A stretch of DNA of 64,000 bases from Octopus bimaculoides (taxonomy: Eukaryota): assembly GCF_001194135.2 (NCBI RefSeq), contig NC_068982.1, positions 38,568,613-38,632,612 of the forward strand. The letters are read 5' to 3'. Below the pieces are notes generated by a model. The model searched no databases. It saw nothing but the letters and a program-made list of their open reading frames with translations, and was not told the origin of the DNA. A program made the translations under genes and the position numbers. The number at the start of each line of letters is the position of its first letter. Position 1 is the first letter of the stretch. Below are positions 51,400-64,000 of the stretch, one piece after another.

Positions 51400-51992
51400 G
51401 GTGCAGGCATGGTTGTGTGGTAAAAAGTTTGACACCCAGCCACATGGCTCTGGGTTCAGCCCCACTGCAAGGTAAATGCCTACTACTATAACCCTGGGTC
51501 AACCAAAGCCTTGTAAGTGGATTTGGAATCTGAAAGGAGCCTGTCCTGTGTATGTGTATGTGTGTGTATATTTTACCTTTTACTTGTTTTAGACTGTGAC
51601 CATGCTAGGGCACTGCCTTGAAGAATTTTTAGTTGAATGTATCAACCCCAGTACATATTTTATTTAGAAGTCTGGTACTTATTCTATCAGTCTCTTTTGC
51701 CAAATCACTAAGTCACAGGGATGTAAACACACCAGCATCAGTTGTCAAGTGGTGGAGAGGGACAGACACAAAGACATGCACACACACAGACACAGACACA
51801 CATATACACACACGAATATGCACATATATATGACAGGCTTCTTTCAGTTTCTGTCTACTAAATCCACACACAAGGCTTTGGTTGGCCTGAGGTTATAGCA
51901 GAAGACACTTGGCAAAGTTGCCACGTAGTGAGACTGAACCCCAAACTATATGGTTGGGAAGCAAGCTTCTTACTACACAGCCACACCTGCAT
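51400..51992. mobile_element. Inverted pair of family D SINEs
   Basis: Plus-strand head at 51400-51545; minus-strand full copy at 51580-51992. Confidence 0.85.
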
Positions 51993-54069
51993 CTAGATAT
52001 TTATATATAAATACATACATACATACACACACACACGTGTGTGTGTGTGTGTGTATATATTGATATATATATATATATATATGTACACTGCTTAATGTCA
52101 GGCAAATGAAGAAGGAGCACTCAATACATGTTGTAGAGAATGTTCTTAACCATTAAACTGGAGACAAACTCTAACTACAGTTTTAATAAAAACTATGTGT
52201 GCATGTACAGTCTGGGGTGGGGAGCATTATGTCACTTTGTCTTGACATTATGTGACAGTTGTAAATGTGTGTCACTGTCAAACATAGTGTAATTCATGTC
52301 CAATATTCTGCGAGAACATATCTGATCTTCGGGAAATATTACCTTACTTGGAGACAGAGGAGGGTTGGCAACTGGAAGGGCATCTGGCTGCAGAAAATCT
52401 GCTCCAGGTATCTCTTCCATCCAACCAATGCAAGCGTTGGNNNNNNNNNNNNNNNNNNNNNNNNNNNNNNNNNNNNNNNNNNNNNNNNNNNNNNNNNNNN
52501 NNNNNNNNNNNNNNNNNNNNNNNNNNNNNNNNNNNNNNNNNNNNNNNNNNNNNNNNNNNNNNNNNNNNNNNNNNNNNNNNNNNNNNNNNNNNNNNNNNNN
52601 NNNNNNNNNNNNNNNNNNNNNNNNNNNNNNNNNNNNNNNNNNNNNNNNNNNNNNNNNNNNNNNNNNNNNNNNNNNNNNNNNNNNNNNNNNNNNNNNNNNN
52701 NNNNNNNCAGTGGTGGTGGTAGTGGTGGTGGTGGTGGTGGTGACGGTGACGGTGGTGGTGGTGGTGACGATGATGATGTGCAAATACTCTGCTATTTAGT
52801 GGGACACTCACTGGAAGTCAGTTGCAAAAATAAATAAATAAAAGAAGAAAGAGAAAACCTGAAAAAGTAAGTGTTGTAGCTATTGAATTCAAGGATAACA
52901 CTAGAAATATCTTACTTATTACTAGGTAAGAAGAAAGTAAAAAAAGGAAGAATGAAATCCTATAGGATATGGCCTAGTTAGACCATAAAGTCTATGATAT
53001 ATTCATGCATTAATCTATATGTATGATCTGTATGAGAACTGTTAGAACCACACGTTGGTTACAAAATTCCTTTTGTAATCATATTTGAAATATCCATGAC
53101 TGCTATGTAGGTTACATTCCTCCCTATAAACCTCATCATATTCTTGCAGTGTATGCTATAAAGACAAGATTGTTCAGTCAATGAGGAAAGGAGGGTATAA
53201 TTCTTATCCAGGCATGGCTATGTAGGTGCAGGCATGGTTGTGTGGATAAGAAGCTCATGTTGCAACCATGTGGTTTCAGGTTTAGTCCCAGTGTACAGCA
53301 CTTTCAAGGAGTGTCTTCTGTTATAGCTTTGAGCCAACCAATGCCTTGTGAGAGAATTTGTAAGCTGAAAACTGTGTGGAAGCACATCATGTGTGTGTGG
53401 GTGTGGGTGTGGGTGTGTGTGTGTGTGTGTGTGTGTATGTGTTTGTCCCCACCACCCTTGACAGCCAGTGTTGACTTGTTTATGTCCCCATAACTTAAAG
53501 GGTAAAGAGTAAATACCCTCTTTGATTATGAATAACTATGGGATTGCACCTAGAAGGTTCCCCTCCAAGGCACAAATTTGGGCAAGGTTGCTTATGGAAG
53601 ACCAGCAGTTGTCCATGCATACCAGCCTTCCCTGACGCTCTAACCACTGAACCATGCACCTTCACATAATGGTTCATTAAAAGAGACTGATGTAATAAGA
53701 AGTAGAATGAAAAAAAGAAGTACAAGGGTTGATTTGTTTGACTGAACCCTTCAAGACATTCTTTCAGCCTGGCTGCAGTCCAGAAGCGAGACAAGTGAAA
53801 GATAAAACATGTGAAACCACAAAAATAGCAAAGTATATTGTACAGAATAAAAGGAAAATATTCTCAGAAAAAGGTAGGTAGTTGTCTTGTTTAATGTAAT
53901 CTGGTTGTTTGGTGGATTTTTATTTCACACTGATATGAAATTTTCCTGAGAGTGCAGATAGATGTGGGGTAAAGAAATTCACTTTGCAATTCTGAAGGTT
54001 CTTCATTGTTTCTGGTTTAGTACCACTATACACCAGTTTAGGCAGGGTTTTTTAATATTAGATTATGTC

Positions 54070-54485
54070 AAGGTGGTGAGGTGGCAGAATCGTTAGCAAG
54101 CTGGGCAAAATGCTTAGTGGCATTTTGTCCATATTTATGTTATGAGTTCAAATTTCACGAAGGTCAACTTTGCCTTTTATCCTGTCAGGATCAATAAATA
54201 AGTATCAGTTGGACACTGGGACTGATGCAATCGACTTAACCTGCCTCTGGAATTGCTGGCCTTGTGCCAAAATTTGAAACCAATATTGGGCGATATCAAA
54301 GCAGCAAGCTGGCAGAATTGTTAGCATGCCAGACAAAATGCTTAGCTGCATTTCATTCATCTTTGCCTTTCATCCCTTTGGGGTCGATAAAATAAGTACT
54401 AGTTGGATGCTGGGGTCGATGTAGTTGACTTAACCTATCCTCCTAAAATTGTTGGCCTTGTGCCAAAATTTGAAGCCAATATTAA
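54070..54485 (+). mobile_element. Head-to-tail dimer of SINE family E
   Basis: Two copies, each ending GGCCTTGTGCCAAAATTTGAA.CCAATATT, separated by only about 12 nt. Confidence 0.88.
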
Positions 54486-56379
54486 ATGATGTCAACCAAT
54501 ACCTTGTAAGTGAAATTTGGCAAGCAGGAAAACCTTTCTGAAATTTCAACATAAAAAGGGTGAATGCATACATATATACATACATTTTTGCACGCATAGA
54601 TCCATACATTTTTATGTATCTATATATGTACATACAAAGGAATGCTGAAAAATTCCTCGCCCATCCTAATGTCAACCATTTTACAGAGTGTAATGGGTGC
54701 AGTTCTTCATAGCACCAGCATTGTAGATGTTGCCTTGATGTCATTAAAACTAAAAACCTCTTCCAAGCCCTGTGTTGTCACTATTCAAATTGATTATCAA
54801 CCACATAGAGGATAATGGGTCATTTTTGTGACACCAGCACGGTTGGGGGTCTCTTGTTAGGAAGAAGGGGGGATAGCAAGACATAGATGGTGGAATTATA
54901 GGGAAAGGAGATATACAGTATGCACAAATTGGATACTTTCCTCTCAGATATGGGTGTCATGACAGTGATTTGAGGAGGTGAGAGGATATAAATGAGGCAC
55001 AGCAGTTAAAACAGATAGTCATGGGATGTGAGGCTATGGAATAGATAACAGCTAGGTGAGGATGCTTGCACAGAGGGTACACAATCAAGGGATGTGATAA
55101 TATAGAATGGACAACAGATGTAGAATGTGTATGTGAATGTGTGTGTGTGTATGTGCATGCGTGTGTGTGTGTGCATGTGTGTGTGTATCAGCATGAGATT
55201 GAAGAATTGGTTCATTGTATTTTTATTCCCATTACATCTCTTGATATCCAGGTTAAGGTTTGTCGTTCAACCTTAAAAATTTGTTAAAATAAATACCAAA
55301 CAAGCTACTAGAGTCAATACAAAACATCTGAAGGCAGTGACTTTGCATGGTTGCAATCCAATGACTGAAACCAATTAAGAGATTAACAGATTATGAATGT
55401 TAGTTGCTATTTTACAGTAAGGTTCTTTTCTAGAGCTTCAAGTTGTTGCTCGAGAAGGAATGTACTCAGGTGGTTGTCTGTTACCTTTTCTTTCCTTTCA
55501 CCAAAGTCTACTTTCTTTTTACATACCTGCCTAGATTAAGAAACCAAGTTCTATTCTCCCACTTGGGGATGTAAGAATGGAACTCTACCTTACCCTTCCC
55601 TGTACAGTCTGCATATGATGCAAGACATTATTATAATGTTGATATTTATTAAGAAGTAATTAGATTTGTTACATTTATTGCTTTCCCTTGACTATGAGTG
55701 AAGATCTAGGAACTGAGCCAGATTACAGATTTGTTTCAATGAGAAATTATTACTGTCAGCTGAAGATTTCGTCTTATGTATCTTTTAATGTTACTATAGA
55801 ACTACTTCTTCAACTTCTATCCATCATCCTCATTACTCTCAGTTTTATAACAATCACCTTTGATATCAATATTATTATAATTTTCATTACCATAAAATTC
55901 ACTACATTAAAGGTTACATTTAACTATGGATTGAGAATCTAACTTGAAATCATTGTCCTACATTCTCGACATATTGAGTGTTTTCTATTTTGCATTTCAA
56001 ACTTGTTAGTGGAAGGCACTGTTCTTTTTTCTTATTATTTATTTATCTATTTATTTTTTCAAGAATCCTGCCAAAATCTCTGACTGTTCACTCGAGTAGG
56101 TACATACATTTCACGTATACAGTAAAAGAGGAATATGGGAAATAAGAGATTACACAGCTGCTGTATGTTTCAGTCTACTTTGTGGTATGGGCGGTGTAGG
56201 TATATGCTTAACAAAGCAGTAGTGGGTAGATGTAGTGATTGAAGTAGCCAAAATAGGTGATAGAATAATTAAATTAAGACAGTAGTAATCAACATGATAA
56301 CATTTATCTCTCTTTATTCTCCATAAATATGATTGATAGATGTGTAAAACTTGTGCAGGCTAGCTCAGGAATTGATGAC

Positions 56380-56560
56380 AGTGATACTATCACGATAACT
56401 GGCAGTTTAAATGGTCATGTCAGAAATTATCAGGGGAGATATATTGACCATGGCATGAAAGTTTAAGAGGAGTCAAGCTTCTGGAGTTCTGCAATGCAAT
56501 TACGGAATCTTTCTAGTGCAACTATGTGTGCATGGGAGTCAGATTGCTTTTTATATTTAC
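56380..56560 (+). pseudogene. Decayed RTE AP-endonuclease fragment
   Basis: ITGSLNGHVRNY resembles GDFNGHVG; VKLLEFCNA resembles LLEFC. Confidence 0.5.
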
Positions 56561-57637
56561 CAGAAATCTAGACTGATTGATAGTTGTAATTAGTAGATTC
56601 TTAGGTTGCGAGGGATGAACTCTTCAACATAGTTTAATGGTGAGGGATTTTAGATTGAGCATAAGACCAAGTAAGAACTGAAAGACAAGTAGGAAATGGA
56701 AGATATGTAAGATAAAACATATCTTTCATTTGTTAGTCGAGACAGCTAAATAGTATTGGGACGCTGATTGATATTGGAAGGTGGAGATAGGAATCTTTAA
56801 CATAAAGAACAGTTCTAAGACATCTTTCAAACTTCAACCTATTCTGTGATTGAACATGTCCTCAATTAGGGTATCATAAAATATTGTGGTGGAATATTAG
56901 AGTGGAAAATATCATAAGGGCTTAACAGCAGGCCTTGAAGAAGTAAAAAGAAAGGGATATCATCATTATCATCATCCTCCTCATCATCATCACAATTTAA
57001 CATCTTCTTTTGATGCTGGCATGGTCCTAAATGTCCTAAAAGTATTCTGTTTATATAGGTGCACACAACTAGGTCCCACACTTAGTATGTTCCTACCACC
57101 ATTTCATCTTCCCAGCACTCATCTTTCCATCATTCTTCTAACTACTACATTATTCTACTGTTGTAGTTAATCGAGAGTTGAGCTATATATATATATATAT
57201 ATATATAATAACAGAAACGGATGAATTTTGATTATCCCCACGTGTTTGAGCTGTAATATATATAAGAAATTAAAGAAGGAAAATGCACACACTTTACATA
57301 GTTGTAATATATTTTTTAATATATTTTATATTGTTTGTCAACCAGTTTCGCTTTTGTTAATCATGACATTAAAATTATTTTAATTACGTATTTTCTTAAG
57401 AATATTTTTGTCCATGTTGTGTGTGGAGTTTAGGAACGAATGATTCAACAAGTAGAAAAATCTAAGGGGAGGTAATTGGTGATCGTTGTTATTGTGGACA
57501 GAGGAGATAATTGTTCATCTTTTGGCGGGCTGGGGGGGAATCTACACAAAAATTCAAAAGCCTGAGTGGTGGTGAGAAATATGTACTGTGATGGGTATAT
57601 AATCATGAATTAAAATATGTATAGAGATCAAAGTTAG

Positions 57638-58093
57638 TTATGCGTGTATATTTAGAGGTGTTCTGTATTTTTCGATGAATAAATTTTCTTTATTTAAATA
57701 TGCTTGTATAGAAATTGCATCTTTGCACAGGTAGAAGGGGAAAAGTGTGAAATTTGGTTTGATGTTACCTGCACATCTCCCTATGTGTTCACTTAAAGGA
57801 ATCTGTCTATACTGCGGGAACTGGATTTGCTCTTTATGTAGAGTGGTTCTCCATCTCAATGTCATACTCGTCTGTCCTATATAATGATGTCCACAACCAG
57901 AGCAGATTATTACATAAATTAGATTCTCAGAGGCACAAGTGAAGCTAGTTTTAATTGTGAACCTCTCTCCTTGTTTGAAAAGGAAATCCGAGCCTTCAAG
58001 TAGGTTGGGGTATGTTCTACAGTTTGGGCGTCCACATTTTCTAACCGTTGGTTTCATGGTTTTGTTCTTATATACACACACACACCTGCACAC
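57638..58093 (-). mobile_element. Penelope-like element C-terminal GIY-YIG endonuclease (5'-truncated; ORF start lies in a GT repeat)
   Basis: CGRPNCRTYP...FTIKTSFTCASENLIYVIICSGCGHHYIGQTSMTLRWRTTLHKEQI...LSEHI...KENLFIEKYRTPLN: LIY/YIG with CxxC, conserved R, H, E and N typical of PLE endonucleases. No RT domain upstream. Confidence 0.88.
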
Positions 58094-59511
58094 ACTCTTT
58101 CTGTGCTATTAGTTTATCTCTTCCTGTTCTTGAACCACTTTGACATCTATCCCACATTCTCAACATCATCCCTCGCCACCTATATTTTCCATTGATCTCT
58201 CCTTCTGTACCATCAATTTTCTCCCTCTCCCTGAGCTACATCTTATTGACACCCATACCTCATTTCTTACTATCTTCTCATACCTGCCATTGACCCTTTC
58301 TCCCCATCTTTGTTCAGCACTCATTATATTCTCCACCATGTATCTCTGACCTCTTCCATCCCTCACACTGCAAGTCTACCGTTTTCTCTCACTCCACCAC
58401 ACTCTTGCAACCTTTCCCCACTCGTTCTCACTCATTATCGCCCTTTCTCTCATATAACTACAATTTTGCTACCCACTGATTACACAAGACACTGCCAGTT
58501 CCAGTGACAACACAACAGCAACCACGTGGGACTCACCAACTTCGTGCAACAGCATTACGGCGACCTCCATCTCTGTCACCACCATTCGTCCTAATGCCAA
58601 CATCTCTCTACATACTCGCTCAGGTTACAATACTGCACTGTTTGTGAACTACTTCACCATGGATCAACAGCGAATATACAACCTGCGAGAGCTCCTATAC
58701 CAAGTGACCCAAGCAGCAGCATCACAGCCACAACTTCACATGCGACATGCATTGCAACTGGCCCTGCATCATCGCTGCAACTTTTTGATACAGTATTTCA
58801 ACTATCATGTACAATTGACTACGAACTGGTGTTGATCATTCTTGTGTCTATGAACTTACTCCTCACTTCGATGGCTATAGACTTTTTCACTGTCTCTTCT
58901 TCATCACCATCCTTGTATGTTCTTAACATGCATACATTTATGCCTACATACATACGCAAACATCTTATTCTTATGACGGCCTGTCTATTATTCTGTATAC
59001 ATGACGCACACACAGTCACACATGTTAACATATCAATAAATTTTCTTTTAAACATTCTACCTGGTTGTGTCTCTTATTTCCCTCTGGCACATATATGCAT
59101 TGTTCTATTTATATTTACTGTATTGACTGTGTGATGTACTAAGGAGCCATTCTCATCACCTCGTTTCATACGGATGTCACAAATCGGCGACATGTTCCAG
59201 CTCCTTGAAACTACAAAACAATTATAATGGGAGAAGGAGATACTCCACAGGTATCTAAACCTTCATGCCCATTATAGGGGTTTTTAATCTTGCAAATTAC
59301 ATGGCAATTTCACTAGTGCTGGGGCCACAAAAAAAAAAAAGAAAGAAAATGGAGTATACTCTGTTAATTGGTTGGCATTAGGAAGGGCATCCAGCCATAA
59401 AAGTTTTGCGAAACCAAACAGTAGAACTTGTTGCAGTTCTCTGAATCATTGGATCCTGTTGAACCATCCAGTCCATGCCAGCATGGAAGGTGGACGTTAA
59501 ACGATGACAAT

Positions 59512-59543
<32 letters not shown>

Positions 59544-60419
59544 ACACACACAGACACACACACACATACAGACACACTCACATATTTAAAAGTTTTTGTA
59601 AAAAAATACTTCATATAGTCACAATCTTTAAAAAAGGTCTTTCAAAACTCATAAACTATTTTTTAAAATGATCTAGAGAACCGAATGCCACAAACCTTTG
59701 GGGAAGAGGTTTTTGCATACTATGTTTATACATGCTACACACACACACACACACACACATACACATGCACATGCACACACAAACAAAAACACACATATGC
59801 CATTTTTAAGAAACAAAGCATCAAGAACAGCTTTAACTAACTACTTGCTTTGTTCTCTACCACAAAGCTAATATACCTTACAATATTTGAAAACTGCCTA
59901 TTTTAATGCCAGTATAATGTTAACATCCTTAAACCTGACACACAAATATCAAGATCAACTCTCAGCTGCCAGTAGGTGAATTTAGGAATTAATTCTGAAC
60001 ACATGAGAAAGCTATGTAGTTAAATCTTAATGAGATGTAGTTTTGACTTCATTAAATATTACTAGACAAAACACTGTACCTATTCTTATGTTTCCTCTAA
60101 AACCACACTATACTCCTAAGTCTCAGTCTTGTAAAGTATGTAATGTTTGTATTTGACTAGTGGAGAATGCTGTTTAAGTTGAATGTGATGTGTATCAGAA
60201 ACATAGTTTTTGCGTTTCTGATCAGATGGCGATAAGAGATGTATTATGTGTTGTTAGTGATCTATTTTTGTAGAGTCAGGATTCTAATTTCTGTATTTTT
60301 GGTCAGAATGGATGTGTGATTGTGTATAGGGAGCTACAGGAGAAGATTATTGTTATGTCTTCAGTGAAAGATGCCATATGTACATTGTGGACAGAGATGA
60401 AAAGGTATGAACATATATA

Positions 60420-61319
60420 TTAGGTTGTCAGATAAATTTATACATTTTTCTCTCATTTAGTTTTGTTCTTATTTTGCATCAACAATTTTTACAAATCAAT
60501 CAATAATATATTCTCCTTCATTGATCATAACTCTTAACCAATGTTCCACCGCTTGTCAATGTCTAGAAATCTCCAGGTTATGACTCAAATAATTAATTGA
60601 GCCACTATTCAGCTCCATGTTGTTGAACAAACTATCCCGCACACTTTTGGTGTTTAACTGAGAAAAAGATATCTAAAGGCACTATACCAGGAGAATATAG
60701 TGGGTGCAACAGTATTTTCCAACTGTGCTCTTGCAATGTCTACCTTCTGGGGCAAATTAGTGATATGAAGGTGAGTGTCGTCATGTTGAAGAAGTATATT
60801 GTGTTGCCATTCAGCTTGTTTAACTGGCAGGGCAACAGTACCATGAAAGCATCTCATCTGTTGGACCAGTTCCCTTGTAGATTGATGTGGACCTTGTGGA
60901 TAGGCTCATTCAAGTCATCATCATTGAACAGAACAGGTTGAATAGAACATGGAGAGTCTGTGGGGTTGAATTTCCCTGCCTTGAAGCATGTAAACCATTT
61001 CTGTGCTGTTTTTATTTCTTTACTAATAGCACCTTCTCTATACACAACACAAACGCCATGAGTGACTGGCAGCTTTGGAACTTTGACCGAAAGAAAGAGA
61101 ACCAGATGTTGAAAATGCTCATTTTTTTACTTCTTGGTAATCTGTAATTATCGTATGTCTGAAAAGAGGTAAAATTCATTTAAATATCAAACGTGTTAAA
61201 CAAAAGTTATAGAGGAAGAATACAGTACCAAAGAACCATAAAACACTGCAATAAAAATATTTTTCATGTTAATTCAAATGACATTGGAAAGAGACAAACA
61301 AATTTATCTAACAGCCTAG
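60420..61319 (-). mobile_element. Internally deleted mariner element
   Basis: TIRs ttaggttgtcagataaattt and aaatttatctaacagcctag with TA flanks. Encodes TAQKWFTCFKAGKFNPTDSPCSIQP (HTH region), ILLQHDDTHLH (LLHDNARPH-like) and LHPLYSPGIVP (HPPYSPDLAP-like). Confidence 0.88.
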
Positions 61320-63693
61320 TAGATTGAAAAGGTTAGGTGATATTCATAGCACTCTATTTGGAAGGCTAAAAATCTACAAGATTTTGCTGTATGTTTGAAA
61401 ATCACTTGACATTCTAAGGTGTAGTTAGCCAGTCGACATTATGTAATGTTGTCTAGTAAAATGGTGAGTATATTTATGATCAAGTAAAAGAAAACTGTTC
61501 AAAGTTTGATGGATGTTTATAGTGTTTAGGTTAACTAGTGACCAATGCAGAAGAGATAAATGTGGAAGAAGGAAGATATAGCTTGGCAAGTAACATATAA
61601 AGACTGTTAATGCATGAAAATTTCTCAATTTATCAGATGATATTTTCTATCTAATTGATTCAGCTCCACTGATCCCCTTAAAGAAACAAAATGAAATAAG
61701 AATTTTGGTGTGATAATGAAAAGATAGTTGGCAAATTTGCTTGGAATGTATCATTAGATTGCAAGTTGAAAGAAGGCGATGTGAGGAGCACAGAATTATA
61801 TTAGTGCTAAGAAAGGATTTGGCAGTATTCACGAAGAAGCATATTGTTGAGGCATAACTGTGGTTGCAAGAATTCACTTTTCCAAATACATGACCGGCCT
61901 ATTTAAGCTGTAACTGGTTATAATAATAGAAGCTAACATGAAGTGGGTGTAACTGACACAATTCTACTTACAGTTGTTTGGCACATGCTGGAATTGGAAT
62001 TGGAGCTTTTCCAGACAATGAGAAAATGTAGAACCTGGAACTAAGCAAGTTCACTTTTTATTTATCTTTACGTAGATTTTTTTAAAACAGCATATTGGAA
62101 GACATTCAGAAAACAAGGTTTCTTGATATGATTTTGCTGATAAAATTTCTTTACCTTGATCACAATCGCCACAGCAATCTATTATTGTCCACACATTTAT
62201 TTCTACTTGGACAAAATACCTGATATCTTCTCCCTAGTATTATCATGAAGTCTATCATTACTTGCTTCATTCAACTACAAACGTTACCAAACTGTATTCC
62301 AGTTATAACCAGTTATATTCCTACCACAATCACAAAAGCTGATATTGTCATCCAACAACAACTACAATGAATGTCATCTGTCTGAAGTTGCTTTCAAATA
62401 TATTTGCTTTAATGTCTTTACCATTATAACAAAGACAAGCCAGGCTGTCTTTTCATACTCACTCACCACCACCACCACCATCATCATGTATGTTCAGGTT
62501 TGAGAACTAGGATACATCTTGTGTCATTAGGTAGTGATCTGTTTAAACTCAGAAAAGTGACAACCTTTTGCTCTTGTTTTTGTCATCAAGAGAAAAGTGG
62601 GTTGGTCAAACCATTAATGTTAATCCAAATTAAATATTTTACGGTGGTTAATGCAAATCCTGCTAAGCACACAGGCATGGCTGTGTGTATAGGTGCAGGT
62701 GTGGGTGTGTGGTAAGAAACTTGCTTCCCAACCACATAGTCCTAGGTTCAGTCCCACTGCATGGCATCTTGAACAAGTGTCTTCTACCATAGCCTTGGGC
62801 TGACCAAAGCCTTGTGAGTGGATTTGGTAGACGGAAACTTAAATAAACTTGTTGTGTGTGTGTGTGTGTATTTCTGTGTGTCCCCCCCCCCCCACCACTT
62901 GACAACTGGTGTTGGTGTGTTTCTGATAGAATACGTACCAGGCTTTAAAAAACAATAAGTTCCGGGGCGAATTTTTCGACTAAAATACTTCAAGGTTGTG
63001 CTCCAGCATGGCCGCAGTTTAATGACTGAAACAAATAAGAAAATAAAAGAAAAGAATAAAGTCAACTTTGTGTTTCATCCTTCTAGGGTGAATTAAATAA
63101 AATCCCAGTTAAGTACTAAGGTTAATTCAATCAAATTTTCCCTTATGTAAAATTTCTGACTTTGTGCCCATGTTAGGTTATATCATTATTGCTGGCAGAA
63201 TAAGGCCGTGAGCTGACAGAATTGTTGTTAACACACCAGGCAACATGCTTAGCAGTATTTCATTCATCTCTACATTCTGAGTTGAAATTCCACTGAAGTC
63301 AACTTTGTCAGTTGAGTACTGGAGTTGATGTAATCAATTTACCCTTCCCCATAATTGTTGACCTTGTGCCAAAATTTGAAACCATTATTACCATTACTAT
63401 CATAACCTCTATCACCCACCATAACCTCATAATTATAATAAATACCATGCCTTATTATAAGCAATATAAATAAACTATGAGCCTATAGTATAAAGATTGT
63501 AGTTATGTTGCCTATAGTATATAGACTGTAGGCATATTTTCTAATACAATTATGTAATATTTTTGCAGTTAATTCCAGGTAGGTGAAGTATTAATCATAC
63601 ATAAGTTATTTGAAAGAACATTTAGATGAGATTGGAAGGGAAATTGATATGGTTATTATGAAGAGCTTGAAAAGAGTTACAGTTCTGCTCTAA

Positions 63694-63748
<55 letters not shown>

Positions 63749-63757
63749 TTCTATATC

Positions 63758-63974
63758 TGAAGGGGTGCTGAAAAGTTCTTGGCTTTAAGGGCACTGCAAA
63801 AGGCCTGGTTGGAAACCCAACCTTCTAAGTTCTTTTACAGGGCTTAGAAAAACTGAAGGACCATTGCAATAAGTGCGTGAATCTGAGAGGGGAATATGTT
63901 TTATAGAATCATAATTAACTGATCCTCCTGTATTTTCTTTTACCTAAAGCCAGGAACTTTCCAACACCCACTCA
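63758..63974 (+). mobile_element. Mariner-derived MITE
   Basis: About 30-bp TIR (tgaaggggtgctgaaaagttcttggcttta / taaagccaggaactttccaacacccactca). Internal GLEKLKDHCNKCVNLRGEYV matches the mariner C-terminus. Confidence 0.88.
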
Positions 63975-64000
63975 TGTGTGCATATATATATATATATATA

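Noticed and set aside
43376-52837. 300+ aa ORFs in the ORF track
   Set aside because: They run through N gaps (X residues) flanked by (TA)n or (CAC)n.
18000-56200. Scattered AG...GT-bounded short open segments (e.g. about 18057-18100+, 37838-37854-, 38719-38816+, 55434-55469+, 56053-56099+)
   Set aside because: They could not be chained by phase or recognised as protein, and such matches are expected by chance in AT-rich DNA.

Overview
AT-rich eukaryotic DNA with very dense microsatellites and six N-gaps. The repeat families look like those of a coleoid cephalopod, probably Octopus (inference from pattern recognition, no database search). Most of the window is decayed mobile DNA: at least four tRNA-headed SINE families, a family of elements ending in an RTE-type (GAT)n tail, RTE LINE fragments with a PHD-like Cys/His module, CR1/L2-like LINE remnants, an RLE-clade (R4/Dong/NeSL-like) fragment, a Penelope-like GIY-YIG ORF, mariner deletion derivatives, and hAT-like and piggyBac-like MITEs. 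The best non-repeat signal is a spliced minus-strand gene that the ORF track misses. It starts in a CpG-rich island at about 16.9 kb, with exons 16828-16902 and 12936-13058 and weaker candidates at 7235-7299, 6074-6162 and 4177-4252. I do not recognise its product. Nearly all other ORF-track entries are microsatellite or N-gap artefacts. No CRISPR array, rRNA or true tRNA gene is supported. I found no convincing new biological system. The most interesting leads are the unrecognised gene and its promoter, hairpin-unit arrays inside RTE-tailed elements, hammerhead-like relics beside the Penelope ORF, modular SINEs, and inverted repeat pairs that could form dsRNA.
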